In this document: in pieces, positions 62,496 through 64,000 of the stretch
Numbering within the stretch: the first letter of the stretch is position 1
Layout: the number at the start of each line of letters is the position of its first letter
From: an uncultured Limosilactobacillus sp.
GTDB lineage: Bacteria > Bacillota > Bacilli > Lactobacillales > Lactobacillaceae
NCBI RefSeq assembly: GCF_934202235.1
Contig: NZ_CAKPXS010000002.1
Coordinates: 1,173 to 65,172, forward strand
DNA length: 64,000 nucleotides
Direction: 5' to 3'
Notes under the pieces: model-generated
The model's database searches: none
What the model was told of the DNA's origin: nothing
The model's input: only the letters and a program-made list of their open reading frames with translations
Position numbers and translations under genes: made by a program

Positions 62496-64000
62496 GTGGA
62501 AGAAAAAACGATTAAATTAGTTACTAAGGACGTTGATGGTGTTCGTCAACACCAAGTGAAGGCCGCCCTTGACCTGCTCGATGATGGCAACACCATTCCC
62601 TTTATCGCGCGTTACCGGAAAGAAATGACCGGGGCCCTCGACGAAGTTCAACTCCAGGAGATCGCGACCAGCTATAACAAGGTGGCCGAACTGGAAAAGC
62701 GACAACAAACGGTCATCAAGGCCATTAGTGATGAAGGTAAGCTGACAGCGCAATTAAAAGCGCAGATTCTGGCAGCTGAAGACTTGACGACGGTTGAAGA
62801 CCTTTACTTGCCATACAAGAAAAAACGGCAGACCAAAGCTCAAAAGGCTAAGGCGGCCGGACTGACCCCGCTGGCAAATTGGATCCTGACTTTCCCGAAG
62901 GAGTCGTTAGCAGAAAAAGCTGCGAAGTTCGTCGGTGATGATGTCCCAGATACCGCAGCAGCGCTAGCGGGCGCTCACGAAATTTTGGCTGAGGCAATTG
63001 CCGAAATGGCAACGGTCAGGGGTTGGCTGCGAGGCTTTACCCGGGATAAGGGTGAATTGGTGACGGCTACCCGACGCGGTGGTGAGGATGCCGATGAACG
63101 CGGTGTGTACCAACAGTATTACGACTTCAGCTCGCCAATTGCCGACCTTAGTTCTTACCAGGTGCTGGCCATTAACCGGGGAGAAAAGGAAAAAGTCCTT
63201 TCGGTGAAGGTCCAGGTGGATGATCAACGGGTCGACGGCTATCTCCGCTTTCGGCTAATCGGTAGTCACGGGGATGGTGAAGCCACGACCTTCATTACGG
63301 AGGCTTACCGTGACGCTTACAAGCGCTTCATGGCACCGGCTATTTCCCGGGAAATCCGCAAGGAATTGACTGAAAAAGCTGACGAACAGGCAATTAAGGT
63401 TTTCGGGGAAAACCTCTACCACCTATTGATGCAGGCACCAATTAAGGGAAAGGTTGTCTTGGGTTTTGATCCGGCTTACCGGACTGGTTGCAAATTGGCC
63501 GTCATTGACCAGCATGGTAAGCTGCTTCACGTGGCGGTAATTTATCCCCATAAACCAGCGCCAGAAAAGCAACGGGCTCAGGCAGAGGGACAGTTAATTG
63601 ACCTAATCAACAAGTACCAAGTGGAAATGATTGCCATTGGTAACGGGACGGCCAGTCGTGAGTCAGCAGCTTTCGTTGCGGCTATGCTGAAGAAGATTGA
63701 ACGGCCAGTCTACTATGTCATCGTCAACGAGGCCGGGGCATCGGTTTATTCCGCCAGTGAACAAGCGCGGGAAGAATTTCCCGACCTTCACGTCGAAAAG
63801 CGGAGCGCTATCAGTATTGGGCGGCGCCTTCAAGACCCGCTGGCTGAACTGGTCAAGATTAACCCGCAGGCAATCGGAGTTGGGCAATACCAGCATGACT
63901 TGCCGGAAAAGGAACTCTCGACGGAGCTGGATGCCGTAGTGGAGCGTGCAGTTAACAGGGTCGGAGTGAACCTCAATACTGCCTCTTATCAGTTACTGAC
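62496..64000 (+). CDS. tex: Tex-like transcription accessory protein (YqgF/S1-domain protein); the 3' end lies beyond the window
   Basis: GTG 62496 lies 5 nt after GTGAGGA. The frame stays open to the window end (hence absent from the ORF track). LDDGNTIPFIARYRKEMTGALDEVQL and the later YqgF-like GFDPAYRTGCKLAVID are Tex hallmarks. Confidence 0.85.
   Translation, partial: MEEKTIKLVTKDVDGVRQHQVKAALDLLDDGNTIPFIARYRKEMTGALDEVQLQEIATSYNKVAELEKRQQTVIKAISDEGKLTAQLKAQILAAEDLTTVEDLYLPYKKKRQTKAQKAKAAGLTPLANWILTFPKESLAEKAAKFVGDDVPDTAAALAGAHEILAEAIAEMATVRGWLRGFTRDKGELVTATRRGGEDADERGVYQQYYDFSSPIADLSSYQVLAINRGEKEKVLSVKVQVDDQRVDGYLRFRLIGSHGDGEATTFITEAYRDAYKRFMAPAISREIRKELTEKADEQAIKVFGENLYHLLMQAPIKGKVVLGFDPAYRTGCKLAVIDQHGKLLHVAVIYPHKPAPEKQRAQAEGQLIDLINKYQVEMIAIGNGTASRESAAFVAAMLKKIERPVYYVIVNEAGASVYSASEQAREEFPDLHVEKRSAISIGRRLQDPLAELVKINPQAIGVGQYQHDLPEKELSTELDAVVERAVNRVGVNLNTASYQLL

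Noticed and set aside
1-64000. Search by eye for CRISPR arrays, IS elements/transposases, integrases, prophage genes, restriction-modification genes, toxin-antitoxin pairs or known defence-system genes.
   Set aside because: None were found. The only regularly spaced repeats are the in-frame adhesin repeats. The tRNA-Tyr/tRNA-Gln pair is not followed by an integrase or by direct repeats of the tRNA 3' end. YhgE/Pip is a host phage-receptor-type protein, not a defence system.

Overview
This 64-kb window looks like ordinary chromosome from a Lactobacillaceae genome. My guess is Limosilactobacillus, fermentum-like, based on roughly 50% GC overall, LPQTG sorting signals, Mub/MucBP-type adhesins and a heterofermenter-style gene set. 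This cannot be verified without a database search. I support about 55 CDS, 2 tRNAs, 1 TPP riboswitch, 1 T-box leader, 1 ABC-F attenuator leader, 2 pseudogenes or vestiges, and many intrinsic terminators.

Contents, left to right:
- Tail of an LPXTG adhesin, then a DUF985-like cupin, a flavodoxin and a P-type cation ATPase.
- An 8.2-kb LPXTG Mub-like adhesin gene with an internal ~1.26-kb tandem duplication, then an MFS transporter and mscL.
- A lower-GC islet: membrane protein, XRE regulator, and two unknown proteins.
- A cytochrome-b5-like protein, a second flavodoxin and a PepSY protein.
- A KxYKxGKxW-signal LPXTG protein, aspartate 4-decarboxylase, and a 4.1-kb LPXTG adhesin.
- TetR plus YhgE/Pip.
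- A five-gene, minus-strand operon joining a Zn/Mn-type metal ABC importer to a YibE/F pair, with an unknown 376-aa protein divergent from it, then CorA and an APC permease.
- A decayed LPXTG sorting signal.
- An Lsa-family ABC-F gene with an attenuator leader and an in-frame TAG at the Walker-B glutamate.
- GNAT, a DD-carboxypeptidase, an esterase, TauE, OsmC, an AKR and an MFS transporter.
- TPP riboswitch-ykoEDC, T-box(Asn)-asnA, dtpT, and tRNA-Tyr/tRNA-Gln.
- An unknown protein, a DHA2-like MFS transporter, a UPF0340 protein, an Asp/Glu racemase, HutC/GntR-pncB-nadE, and the start of tex.

I saw no transposase, integrase, CRISPR array, restriction-modification genes or recognisable defence-system genes, and I cannot point to a convincing novel multi-gene system. 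The best leads for unexplored biology are:
- the metal-ABC/YibE-YibF operon, its operator and its divergent unknown neighbour;
- the HutC-type regulator co-operonic with NAD salvage genes, with a repeated upstream motif;
- the ABC-F attenuator and nonsense allele;
- the TTATCGATAA palindromes in the AT-rich adhesin promoter region;
- the lower-GC islet of unknown proteins.
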